In this document: positions 13,508 to 26,481 of the stretch, one piece after another | How positions within the stretch are numbered: position 1 is the stretch's first letter | Layout of the letters: every line of letters starts with the position of its first letter | Origin: Okamejei kenojei | Taxonomy: Eukaryota | Assembly (NCBI GenBank): GCA_035221665.1 | Contig: CM069132.1 | Span: 61,876,001 to 61,939,483, forward strand | Length of the DNA stretch: 63,483 nt | Direction: 5' to 3' | Notes under the pieces: model-generated | The model's input: only the letters and a program-made list of their open reading frames with translations | What the model was told of the DNA's origin: nothing | The model's database searches: none | Translations under genes and position numbers: made by a program

Positions 13508-14154
13508 GTGAGATCTATATGAAGAGCGAGATCCATTTTCCTCTGTTTAGACCAATAGGTAAGGGATCATTTCTAATAAACTTGTGCTTTTAGTATATTT
13601 TTTAATGCAATCGGTGGCGTTAGCAGAGAAAACGTAAAACTACTGCATTGTTTATTTTTCTTTGGGGGATGGAGGACGTGGGGGAAAAGAAATATATATA
13701 TATATCTCTATTGACTGTCATCTGACTAGCTCTTTTCTTCGGGCAAACCTTGAACTCGTGATTATTGCTGTGCACACAAGTTGCAATGGCTTATCATTAC
13801 TGGAATGAATGACATGTATTCAGATCGCGTGAAATCATGTTCAGAGATAATAAAGAACCCCGCCATATTTAGTGGGGACTAACATGTATTATTGTGCTGA
13901 ATTTGCAATTCAATTTATTCATTTGAATTGGAATTCGGTATGAAACCCGAAATCCCCTCAATAATTTGGAAAATGATTTCAGGGACAAACAGCTTTGCAT
14001 GTGGAAGGATTGCTTTTCGATTTTGGTAAATACATGCGAGGTGTTGACGAGAAGCGCAATGATTGTGACCTCTATTTGAGTAAGCTTGTTGAATGTGGAT
14101 ATAGATTGCCCTACTACTAATGTACAGTGATAGGAATCTAAAGAGCTGAGATAG

Positions 14155-14238
14155 AACTGATGTGTGATTTAGGTAGTTTCATGTTGTTGGGGCTAAAGTC
14201 TAACTCTACAACACGAGACTGTCTGAATTACTGCAGTT
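14155..14238 (+). ncRNA. mir196: mir-196 precursor hairpin (HoxA-linked locus; mature 5p at 14170-14191)
   Basis: TAGGTAGTTTCATGTTGTTGGG at 14170-14191 matches mature miR-196. The complementary 3' arm is CTACAACACGAGACTGTCTGA, with an AACTG...CAGTT basal stem. Canonical position between Hox10 and Hox9. Confidence 0.96.
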
Positions 14239-17200
14239 ATCATCATCGCCAGTGAGTTCTTGTGCTGGTTTGGAAAGAAACCACAGATACTCAAATAATT
14301 CCGAAAACATAAAAGCTTTTGGTTTGACACAGCTAGCCACAAAGTGGCACGTTCTGCAATCGGATTAAGAATGTATAATAAAAAGACGTGGTAGTTAGTT
14401 CTTCTGTAAGTCCCCCCTCCTTCCCGAAATTAATCGAATTGTGTATTTTTTTCAAAGAACAGAAGATAATCTTTTTCATTTGCAAACTAACCATGGATTG
14501 TGCTTTCCGAACGATGTGGCGAACTGGCATTTCCTAAATATAATCATTTACCTTAGATTTTCTGTTTTTTTTTCTAATAAGGATCAAGTTCATGTTTAAA
14601 TTAAATATGATCCATTTCGATTTCCCTTCAATATATATGCGCTGTGGAGCCATTAGTTGAAAGGACCGGTGTTAATCAGCTGCATTCTACTATAGATTGC
14701 TGCAGTTACATACGTATGGCGGTATAATCGATGCATTGCAGATTTCGATTTTGTTAGTGATAAATATTCCATAGTTATATTAACATCGCTAAAAAGTCAC
14801 ATAATTGTTTTTGTACATTTTTACGTGGCTCATCTACAATTCGAGGTGAAAATCGGAAATAAAAAGGAACCTTGCAAAATGATTTAGGGTACGCATTTAA
14901 ACCTATGTATTCTACCATGTGCAAGACAAAGAAATTACTTGAAAGGCACAAGGCCTCGGTTATGATCATTACATGGCGCCTGGGCGCGTAATTTTGTTTT
15001 GTTCTTGGAAACAGCGACCTCGGCGGAGCGTAGTGGAAACGCTGCTTGGTCGGTGTCTCATGCTCTGCAGAAACTAGACTAAACACAGAAAGCAGACTTG
15101 TCCCATTATATTGGGCTCTTTAGACGAGACAAACAGAAGCTTTAATCGAAGCAAAGCAAGTAAACATGCACAATGGCACTTTATATTGTTGGTCAAGTTA
15201 GTTGAACAACCATTGGAATTAAACTATTTAAAATTGATGCTTCAGTGCCATTATGCAGAATAAGGATCATGTCTAGATTGATTCTTGTCCTAATTTATGA
15301 ATTCAGAATTAAATGCATTGCATATAACATTCATATATGATATCGTTCCATGGTAAAGACAAGCCGAACAAATTAACCGACAGAATGCGAAATACTTGCA
15401 CATTGTACAAAGGAAACGTATTTACCTACTATTTCCCAGAAGTTCGCGTAAGTGATTTAAAATAAGCATTTCAAGCAACCTACTGATACATTAAAACTAA
15501 AACTAATTTGTGGTCTGTGATCTGTGATGTAAAATTATATCACGCGGCATGTTATAGATGGAAGTGTTACGCAAAGCAGAAATATTTATCTTGATTATTT
15601 TTTTCAGTTAAATATAAATGAACATCTTCCGAAAAATATGCGTTGTTATACCATTGCAGGTTCATATTCTCCCGAAGCCACTGTACCACCTTAAAATATC
15701 GTCGGCAAGGTTTATTGACCCACGAAGGAAGTCAAGTTTGTACTGGTCAAAACATCCCTTCTGGTTACAGCCAGGCCCTGTTTAAAACGCTGTACAACCC
15801 AGCCCTTCGATTCAACGCATTCGCTTTTATTTGCCGAGTTTTATAGACCAAATACGTTGCCAAGTAATTGGGGATGTTTCTTTAACTATTGCGCTTCGGA
15901 ATAAATACGAATATTGTTTATATAAGTAACATTATTAATGCACACTCCCCCCACCCCCCAATTTAATTACATTCAACTAGGACTTATTTGACAAATTTAA
16001 CTGGACAGATAATGTTTTGTTTGAAATTCATTCTGGTTGCACCTTAAATGTTATTATTTGCGCGTTGCTTGCAATCATCTCCAAGGTTCATATGATTTAT
16101 AATCTTATATAAAGGGATTCGCTACAATTTTGTAGTTCCCTTCAATTGAATGTTCACTCACATTAAAGAAAAAGACCAATGCACACTGCCCATCTCTATA
16201 GTTTTAAGTTGAACATTTAATTTTGGATTGCTGCGAATGGCCTAAAAATTGTTTCATTATTCGTAAACACGCAACAGCCCAATATCACGTTTGGATTCTC
16301 AGACTATATGGCGTCGAGAATGTTTAGTTGCAAAGCGATCTGACCAATTTTGATTATTCTTATTTGCAGATATTCCAGGATTTGATTTCCCCCTTTCTGT
16401 TATTTTTATTTATCATGTGAATCTTTGTCAAATTATTTTGCTTATGGCAAATCAGACGCGAAAGCGATGAAAGATCTCTGTCCTCCTCGCACATTGTGTC
16501 TGCACAAATTGAGCATTGCAATTTCACACAGATGCTATCTGAACGGAAATAAAGGCGTCAGCGTTATTTTAAATGATAGGACCGAAAAGCCAAAATAAAC
16601 TCTACATTTCTGACTGTGTCATCCTTGAAAATGTTATCAGTCAGCTATATCATCATATTTTTGCCAAATACTTCTGGTTACAAGGTGTATTCAATGAATA
16701 TCTTATTTATCCGGGTAATTCCACAAACCTTTATAAAAAATAAAACAGGAAATCAATGATACAACACTTTTGACAGACCTTTCATTGGTATCATTTTGCA
16801 CGAATAAATAAAGATTGTTCTATTTATTTGCAACAACCGTAATTACTAAGTAAAAGCAAATCAGACGAACTCTGCACTGCACGAAAAGAGCAATGTTGCT
16901 TTATCCTTGATCCCCTCGCCTTGTTGTATAATGTGATATGATGGATCCCTCTATCAAATATATCTTAAACTTGAAATAGGTGCATCACTGCATTCCTCTA
17001 TAATGCGGATGATGTGTATCGATGCTGCATAATAACAATTGATTGAAGAACTATAGCGAATCACATCCAAGAACGAGATTATTTTATTTCTTTCTGCTGC
17101 TTTGAAATACCCTTGCTTAAGAGCTGTAACTTGGAAATAACAGATATTCTTCCCGTTTTGAACGCCCGAACAAAAGTCGAAACTGAAAATCTCACCCGGA

Positions 17201-19789
17201 CAAACTATGTAAAAATATTATGATTTTTATATGGTGGTGGGGGTGGGGAATGGATTGGATATGAGAGGAATTAAGTAATCACTATACCTTTTCTAACGAA
17301 TTCAAGTATATAGTTTGAAATCAAGAATTTCATACAAACAATAAATCTTTAGCATCACAGCTAGACGCGGCGCATTCCAACTTTGTTTTAATGGCTAGTT
17401 GTTTTCATAAATCTCCTTCAAATAAAAACCTTAATTTTAATGAGATGAACAGCTCTTTTTAGCGAAGTGCAGAGTCAGGGCCTCGTGGCTTCTCTCTCTC
17501 TCTGCATATACATATATATATATATATATAAAATCAACATTTGAATCCCAATTTCAGGCCATCTGCACAGGAAACGCAAAGCGTCTTTTTTTTTCTCCCT
17601 AAGGTTCAACACTGGACTTGAATGGTTCTTGATTCTGCTCTGGACCTCATCACTCCACCGGTTTCATTGTAACAGTCCGCTGCTCAGATTCTCGTGTCGG
17701 AACGCCAGCGACGGCTGAATCTCCCCGACACCCCCCGCCAACATTCACAAGAACTCACACTTTAGTCCCCCCCCCCCCCGCACCACCCACCATAACCACC
17801 CACCACAACCCTCTTTTCCGACCAAATCGTCCAAACTGGTGAAAAAATCAAAGAAGAATGAACAAAAATATATTTTTTTGATTAAAAAAATAAATAACAG
17901 GAAAAGGACGTTGCATTTCAGTTATTTGCTCCTTAAGGTTTGTACAATCAGCGGGTAGTTGTTGTGTCGAGGGCAGTTGTGTTGAGGAGGGTGTATTTGG
18001 GAGCAAGCTATTCACCACAGCGGCGGGAGCACGATGGTTTAAAGTGTATTCTGATAATTGCCTTTGTTTCATCACTATTTCTGTGCAATCGGATATAACG
18101 CAACAGTTCAAGTGCTTCACGTTAATTGCGAGGAAAGACGTTGGATTTCTACGCTGTTTATACTGTCGAGGTTTTTTCCTGCTACGTTTTATGCAGCAGA
18201 AATAAAGCATTCCACATATTTGGTCAAATCGCCACAAACTAAGAGAAAATTAAGAATTGGACCAATAAGGCTCAGATAGGAACCGGCAGCTTTAGCTGGG
18301 AAATCTAAATATTTGGCCTGAAAAATCCAAGGATATTTTAAATAAAACAAAACTGGAATGATTGTTATTAATTATTTTACAGGTTTGGAAATGCTGCTTA
18401 CATATAAATATATTTTTAAATTGTGTCCAAATGAAACAGTGAAACGTTACCATATTACTCTGCGAAATGTTGCGCCATGAAGCTATAAAAACAAATGCAT
18501 TGGCATCTGATTATTTGATACACAATAAAATATTTCATATGAGATTAGCGATGATAAGTTATTCTACGCGAAAATTATTATAGAGATAACGAGTATCACT
18601 TTACAAAATGTATTTGAAGTTATTTCAACGATTTTATATTAAATACATTATGTTGATTTGCTTAAAAAAGTGGACCGGGCCATGATGTCGTCCTTCGGAA
18701 ATATCGTTTATGTAATTTTTGCTCTTTTAAAGTGAAATAGTCCACCGCTTTAAACATGCACATTCACACATAATACACATATCGGTAGAATATGCGCCTG
18801 TATGTGTGTCTATGTATGTGTGTTAGAGAAAGTGGAGAGAGAGAGAGAGAGAGAGAGATAGAAGACTAGGCCTGTTTAGGTATTAAAGCACAGTGCTTCG
18901 TTGTAATATTTAATATGCCGAGAAGACATAACATGTGATAAATGCAACCATTAATACGGATGCTGGCGAAATCCACAGAATGCCCACACGTTTTAAATAT
19001 ATGATATGTCTAACAGTTTGCTTTTATTTACCATTGAAAGGAATATGTGTTAACCGTATAAGCGATGAGATTTCCAAATACCGTCAGTGAGGGAAAGCTT
19101 TGCAATTTCCTCCCCACATAATTCGCCAGTGAATGCATGAAGGAGAACGTCCACGAATCCGAAGAGAAAGATGTGGCAACTATTGGATTTCCGAACAAAT
19201 TAATATCATCCGTGAATCTGCATCTGTCAACCAAAATAGCACGCTGAATGCGGAAGTTGTAATTAATTATGGTTTATTGTAGGTAAAGAGTCGTTTTTGC
19301 AATGGCTATAGTTTGCTAACATGTAGTTTTATTGCTTAAACTGTTATAAAACGGAGATTGACACAGTGGGTTTAATGTGTACCTTATTTTTAAAATGAAA
19401 GATTCATAGCAGCTGCAGGTACACTCGCCACTTCTCAGTGGTAGCCTTTAAAACTTCGTTAACGATATTGATTTGTTAATACTGGATATGAATTTTAGGT
19501 TTTACTGAGCTCGAATAATAAATACCTGCCCTATTCTATTCTTCGTTGTTTTTTTTTTGCAGTTTATAGTTTCACTCTTTCCATAACGTTTTATGAGAAG
19601 GTTAACGATTATAAGGTGTTCGTTAAAAAAAACGAGCATCTGATGGGAAGATTGATTATGATATAAAGTAGTCCCTCAAGAAAAGAAATCCAACCGTTTT
19701 TTTTCTTGTATTTCAGTTGGCAGAAAGAAATCAACTTCCTTATATAGAAGTGATTATATGCCTATGCATAAAAAAACATATGGAGTTGC

Positions 19790-20005
19790 TATATAAAATT
19801 ATGACTATAAAAGATTGACCCTGCTACAAGCTGCGGACTGATTTATATTTTATTGTTGTTTTTTGAATCACGTGGGTGATGTATCCAATGGGGTGGAAGT
19901 GCGCTTGCACCATATTAGCGGACTGTACTTGTCCCGGCGGTAAGTTGTTATATTGAATTCTGCTCTTTCATATTTTCAGAGGCGCTTGCTGTGTCATTGC
20001 CGAGA
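19790..20005 (+). promoter_or_regulatory. HoxA9 proximal promoter and 5' UTR with a splice acceptor
   Basis: E-box CACGTG (19870-19875), CCAAT box, and a pyrimidine tract ending TTTTCAG at 19979, 26 nt before the ATG. Confidence 0.6.
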
Positions 20006-20546
20006 ATGTCGACATCGGGGACTATCAGCAATTATTATGTCGACTCTCTCATAATGCATGAGAACGATGATCTGCTGGCGTCCAGATATGCGTCGGGTCC
20101 ACTGGCTCAGGCTTCCAGGCAGGCAGCCCTTACTGAACACCCCGATTTTTCCCCCTGTAACTTCCAGTCTAAAGCGACTGTGTTCAGCACGTCCTGGAAC
20201 CCGGTGCATGCTCAGACCTCTGCCAACATGCCCACTGTTTATCACCCATACATGCACCAGGCACCTATTACCGCTACGCCTGATGGTAGGTACATGCGCT
20301 CCTGGCTAGAACCCATGCCGGGGACCTTGTCCTTTCCCGGGTTACCTTCCAGTAGACACTACGGCATCAAACCTGAGCCTGCAGCTGCCCGCAGAAATGA
20401 CTGCACTACGTTTGATACACACACGTTAGCCCTCTCAGAGTATTCTTGTGGACCATCTCCTGGTGATAAACGTCTGGCCGAGATTTCCTTTTCTGAAAAT
20501 AATGGAGAGGTTGAATCAAACGCAGATAAGCTGCACATGGATCCAA
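20006..20546 (+). CDS. hoxa9: Homeobox protein Hox-A9, exon 1
   Basis: ATG at 20006: MSTSGTISNYYVDSLI...PDGRYMRSWLEP...RHYGIKPEP (Hox9 activation region). Donor CCAA|GTAAGT at 20546/20547. Confidence 0.96.
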
Positions 20547-21175
20547 GTAAGTACGGATCTCTACTTTTATTAGTTTTACCTTTCTACCTAAGGCATATAA
20601 ATTAAAACCAATTTATAAAACTGACATCTTCATTATGTAAATAATTAGTTTAAAAAATGACTTATCTGGTTTCAATTCGCCGTTTTGTATGTGGTTGTAT
20701 AAAAATAAAAATAAATATTTGATTCAGGTTTATGTTGTACCTTTTAGGCATTGTCAAGGACAGAAACCATGAATATACTGAACTAATTCGTTATAATAGA
20801 GGAAGGGGAGATAGTAATTGCTGACTCCGTAATTCAAGTGCATCCTATGCAAGTAAACGTGATGGAGATAAGTTCACTGGATCGAAAAATGCACAATGCA
20901 AACATGCAACGTTTTACCTTGTTTATAAATTGTCTCAACATTGACATTTAATCTAGTATTTGAATTCGATTCATAGACTTTATTCATTGGCCAGGGCCAT
21001 GCGTGTAAGAGTATAATAATCTGTGTAAATACATGCATTTTCAGTAAACAATTTCATGCATCCAGAAATCCCCACCCTCTTTTATGTGTAAAGGTGTTTT
21101 GATTCTGAGAATATTACAATATTTAACCAACATGGAAAGGGAAATATCGTAAATGTGTTTCCTTTATACTTTCAG

Positions 21176-21417
21176 ATAACCCTTCCGCGAACTGGCTGCA
21201 CGCAAGATCAACCAGAAAAAAACGCTGCCCTTACACCAAACATCAGACATTGGAGCTGGAAAAGGAATTCTTGTTTAACATGTACCTCACAAGAGACCGC
21301 AGATACGAGGTCGCCCGGGTTCTCAATCTCACCGAACGGCAAGTTAAAATCTGGTTTCAGAATAGAAGAATGAAGATGAAAAAAATTAATAAGGAACGAC
21401 CTAAAGATGACCGGTGA
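21176..21417 (+). CDS. hoxa9: Hox-A9 exon 2 (homeodomain)
   Basis: Acceptor TTTCAG ending 21175; read manually as [79 protein letters not shown]. Spliced CDS 783 nt, 260 aa. Confidence 0.96.
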
Positions 21418-21646
21418 CATGGATTAAAATATCTTCGAGGAGGAAAAGGACTATTTCACCATTACTATCGAAACGGGCCCCGATTAGAAAGACATTATGA
21501 ACATTTTATCATACCATTAGCACAAATTATTCCTTTGCCAGTTCTGGATTACACTTGGTGGGAAAGACTCACACACTTGTTAGATGGGAACCAAAGAGGG
21601 AGACATCTACGGCAAGGTTACGTCTGTGGCTACGGAATCTACCTTT

Positions 21647-22267
21647 ACATGAAAACTACCTTCTCTTAATCCACCGATATTCTATGCGGACAGTAATTCA
21701 GTAATACTGTATTCGTTTAATATTTACTTGTTTTACATGCAGCAAACGAGGCTGCCTATATACTTGAATCCATGTGTCTGTTGTGATTATCTCTGTGACT
21801 GGGCCTCTGTGCTTAGGCGGTGTCTGAGTAAAGATCGTGTAAACAAACAAAAGAAAAATCTCAATTCAACTCAGGATGTTTAATATAAAACTAACAGGCT
21901 ATGTGTTGGATATGAAATGTTATTTTCGTGGTGAACTTGGGACATATATTGTATTATTTTCACTGTGAATTAACGTAAAATCGCCAGGCTTTATGCTGTC
22001 TTTGTGAGACTGAGTAACGGCCTTGCCTGGGTGCATGACGTTTGTGTTGTTCTTCAGCAAATATATGAAACTGAATTGCATAGAATGCTAATATAAGTTT
22101 TATTTAAAAGAGCGGCGCTGAACATACTGCTACACGATACTATTGTCTATTGTGATGAAAGCACGAATAAAGTTCTCAGACACTTTGTATTTATCGGTGT
22201 TGTGGTGCAAAGAAAAGTATAAGATTTGGTTTAAAAACTACCTATATGTATAACTAGTAACTACCTA
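21647..22267 (+). promoter_or_regulatory. miR-196 target sites in the HoxA9 3' UTR
   Basis: Extended site ACATGAAAACTACCT (21647-21661) and ACTACCTA 8mers at 22237 and 22260. Confidence 0.75.
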
Positions 22268-23879
22268 TGTTTTGTGTGTAAATGTTACTCTTAAAACAGT
22301 CTAGATGCATTTATGCTATGGAAAAAAAACAATATTGTCAATAAATGTAATGTGTACAATACAAGGAAAATATCTGGGTGCAATAGAAAGAACCGATACC
22401 ACTAATGTGTTTTAAATAGGGTTTCTGTAAACCTGCCGAGCTAACACGTTTAAACTTGTGTACACGTTTGAAATGAATACCTCGTGTCATATTGACCAAA
22501 CTATACTGTTTGTAATGAAATGTCATTTTATTTGTTGTCTAATAAAATATATGTTTCACTACATAAAACATGTGATTTCGCTTCTCACAATTCAATTTAT
22601 GGAAATGCATTGCACGGTATTTCGTCCAGGACTACGTTTAATAAATTCCGCCACAATTTCAGAATTTTGAAACGCACCATACTCAACACTAATATTTTCA
22701 AGATCTTCATTGCCCTCTTTACAGATGGTTTCGATTTCAATTCTTAAGATCAACCCCTAAGTTTTGCAACAGCCGGATAACGACATAAATATAATAATAC
22801 GTATACATTTTTTTAAAATCCCATTCATTACTAAAATGTAATCTCTAATGCCAACACAACTATTCTATACCTTTCTCAAATTCTGACATATAAAATGTGG
22901 TGTACCGCAATGTAATCCATTGTTTGGATTTTTCCAAATAAACATGGGATGTTTAGTTGAAAACTAAAACTAACGTTGGAGGTTTCTGGAATGATTCATA
23001 AACCATGAAGTAGTAACTTTGTTTTAGAAGCGGATTTGATGACGCAGAGTCTGAATACAGTTGAGCTTAACGCCCAGTTATCACCAATTAACCCGAGACC
23101 CTGCAAAAGTGCACTAACAACTTGTATTTGTCGCTTGGCCATGCTCCAATGTGGCTGGCTATTTATAAGATTTGTTGTGGGCTACCTATGCAAGAAATGC
23201 AGTACTTTTCTCCAAGTGGGAATGGATAACCTTGATCCAGTTGCCCGTGAAAAAAAACTAGAACGTTATGGGATTTCACCATATTATAATGAAGTGAATT
23301 ATTATATATACATTTTTTAAAAAGCCTGGCACAAATCCTTGCCGCCATTTCTTAAACAAATCGCACAAGAGAGTCGGAGCCTTTGAAAGCAAACAAAGTT
23401 AAATAATCTTAGGCATTTCACCACGAACAAAAAGTACACGATTTGACCATTTATGTAACTTCCTTTCTAACTGTAAGATCCCTGGTAACTTTTTAAAACC
23501 CCGAAGACAGTTTGGATGGATTTAGTGAGATTCAAATGATTTGGAATTTGGACGGAAAGGCCCGAGTAGCTGCAAGTCTTGGCAGTGGCTGTCGTTAGTA
23601 AAATTCAGAGTGGTGTACCGCAATAAAAGAAAATGACTGCTGTAAGCGTTTATGGGGTGTAAAACGCTGGAGGTTAAGGGGCGAAGTACATAAACACGAC
23701 ACTGACGATCGAAGTATTCTCCGCGTCTGGAGCAAACGCGTGAATAGCGTTGCAGTAATTGCAATATTTTTTATTATAATATTAAAAGTGGCGGTAAATT
23801 GAAATTATTTTATTTTTAAATGTTCAGTCTGGAGGGCTATAATGATGCGACGCCCTCTGTTGTTGCATGTGGAACTTCA

Positions 23880-24040
23880 AAGACTAAACAGGGAGACTTG
23901 CAATAAAATAAAGGGTCTGGCAAGCCGTCTGGAATTCAGGTTTTAATGAGTTTACAACTGTCCAGCTACAATCAGTATTTTTCCAGGGAAGGCCATCCAT
24001 TTGTTTTGTCTGGCTGCTTAGACAAAAGGGTCTGCGGAAA
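23880..24040. promoter_or_regulatory. Enhancer-like element resembling the Hoxc8 early-enhancer core
   Basis: CTGGCAAGCCGTCTGG...GTTTTAATGAGTTTAC at 23917-23955, with a Cdx-type CAATAAAA and forkhead/Sox-like motifs. Confidence 0.55.
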
Positions 24041-24291
24041 TAACGACCTTTATTAGTCTCGTCTCTAACACGGGCCCCTCACATATCTCTTTACCAATTT
24101 ATTGCGTCTAGTAGACAAATAACCAACATTTAGTTAATGTTAAGCCTTGTTAATAATACTTGATATTAAATTTGTTAAATAAAATAAAATGCCTGATTAA
24201 ACTCGATGCAGCTATTAAATTCGCCACAGAATTGAAAAGGCTTTCTGGGCATTCCTTGTCAGCAATTTCTTCGTAGCAGGATCTCTTTACA

Positions 24292-24308
24292 GCCAGAAGA
24301 TGGCAGCA
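24292..24308 (+). promoter_or_regulatory. Candidate CTCF site between HoxA9 and HoxA7
   Basis: GCCAGAAGATGGCAGCA fits the CTCF core CCANNAGRKGGCRS; the interval matches the known 7|9 boundary. Confidence 0.6.
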
Positions 24309-26216
24309 TTAATCCACAAAAGAGTTTAAAAAGAGTGCCGCCAAGCTGCCAAAAAGTGCAATAACTGCTATATCCTGGGATTTATTTATACAGTAGGTTG
24401 TAAATAGGATGAAAACATGCACGACAAATGACACTTGTAAAATCGGACTGTGGTCGACGGACTATATTCATTTTGTATCCATCAACTAATTTGTGAATAG
24501 ATTAATTCCACTTCAAACAAGGTTTAGAAAACCATTTGTATCTCAGCGTTTTATTTTAATGTATACTGAGACGATTTAAATTGATTATCTTCCAATCCAT
24601 TCCTCAACCCTACTGTGCTATTTGCAACAATGGATTGCGATTAAAAGTTACTTGAGAATTAATATTTTATAACCCCACATGAAATTGTGCATATTCACTG
24701 AGAGCACAAATACGCATGTACATCCATGCAAACAAATATAACACAATTGCATGTACTCAGACATACACGCAAGCAGTTACATGCAAATGAATGTATTTAC
24801 GTTGTTAATGCCTTCCATTTCAAGAGCAGCAGGAGGCATCTGTGATATGTAACTCATTGCAGGGAAATCAAACTTATATCATTAATTCAGTTATTTATAT
24901 TTTGAGCTTAGACTTCATGTTGTTATAACACATTTTTAAAAAATCAACCCTAGTGCCAGAAAAATATATTCATCCAGCTGCAGAATAAATTATCGTAATG
25001 ATACACGAGTATGTGGATATAAATGACTCCTCTTTAACTGCATGCAAAGGAGAAATGTATAAAAATAAATGATAAATTTGCATTATGTAAACACAGAGAA
25101 CTTGAGAGAGCGAAATTGGTATTTCAATGCGAAAACGTTAATGGATTTTAAATATAGAAAGTTATCAAATAAGTACGTAGTTGAATGCAGGATAGATGTA
25201 TTTAAATTAGTTTTAGAGTTCTCATAAAATCATTAATAACTCAAATAACTGTAACAAAAAAAAGTAATTTAGGAAGTTGCACATTTTTTAATATACTGTC
25301 ACCTACATAATATTTATCGTTGGGTCAAACTGCGGCATTTAAGCATAGAATATTTAAAGGGCATTCTCTGTAGGAACTCCCCCATATTGGTCTTGGGATG
25401 AGTGAAGGAACGGGTGGTCAGTTTCAAATAGTGTTGATTTCTTGTCGGAATGCGGAATAACTAAATATTTTATTTTCAAAGTTAACATCGTGCAACTCTT
25501 TATTGGTAATATGTTTGTATTTACCTTTCGAACAAAATATAGGTCTTTTAGCACACTGAAAAGCAGATTAATTTGATTTAAAATCTCGCCGAATATGCCA
25601 TAATTATCACCATAGGAAGGCTAATTATTTCACTATTTGTTTTTTTGAATAAACTCATTCTTTTTCATATGTTTATATGTGTATACGTGGGTTTGCACAT
25701 TATTGCCACAAAGCAATGCTAATTTGTAAATACTAGACTCCCCATTCTTTTAATAAGCTGCACGGAGGAACGTGGTATTTTTACAGCCTTATAATAGATT
25801 CCCAACTACAGCAAATGACTTGTAATGGAATTGATATGTATGTATTTCAAAATATGCTGACAGGCATGATCTATATTATTATTCAATCGCATTTCCAATA
25901 TATGCTGCGTGATCAAGTGCTCGTTTCTACTATGCCTATTGAAGTGTAAAGTTCCCAGCTGCACTTTCAGTATGATCTGTTGCTGCGCAACATCTTAATG
26001 CTGCATAAAGTCTTTTGCGTGTGTTTGCAAGCAGATTCCAAAACTATTATGAAAATCTGTTAGAATACGATGCAAAAATACCCATCGTTGTCCGGTTGGA
26101 ATATCCAAAAAATATAAATTTCAGAGTTCTGACATTTGCCAGATTTTCTGCAAAACATTATGTGACAATCAGCATAGTGAATTTGTCCTTCTGTCTCGTT
26201 GCTTGTCTGTCTCTCT

Positions 26217-26481
26217 NNNNNNNNNNNNNNNNNNNNNNNNNNNNNNNNNNNNNNNNNNNNNNNNNNNNNNNNNNNNNNNNNNNNNNNNNNNNNNNNNNNN
26301 NNNNNNNNNNNNNNNNNNNNNNNNNNNNNNNNNNNNNNNNNNNNNNNNNNNNNNNNNNNNNNNNNNNNNNNNNNNNNNNNNNNNNNNNNNNNNNNNNNNN
26401 NNNNNNNNNNNNNNNNNNNNNNNNNNNNNNNNNNNNNNNNNNNNNNNNNNNNNNNNNNNNNNNNNNNNNNNNNNNNNNNNN
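26217..26481. other. Assembly gap (N run), starting in a CT repeat
   Basis: Ns in the sequence. Confidence 1.
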
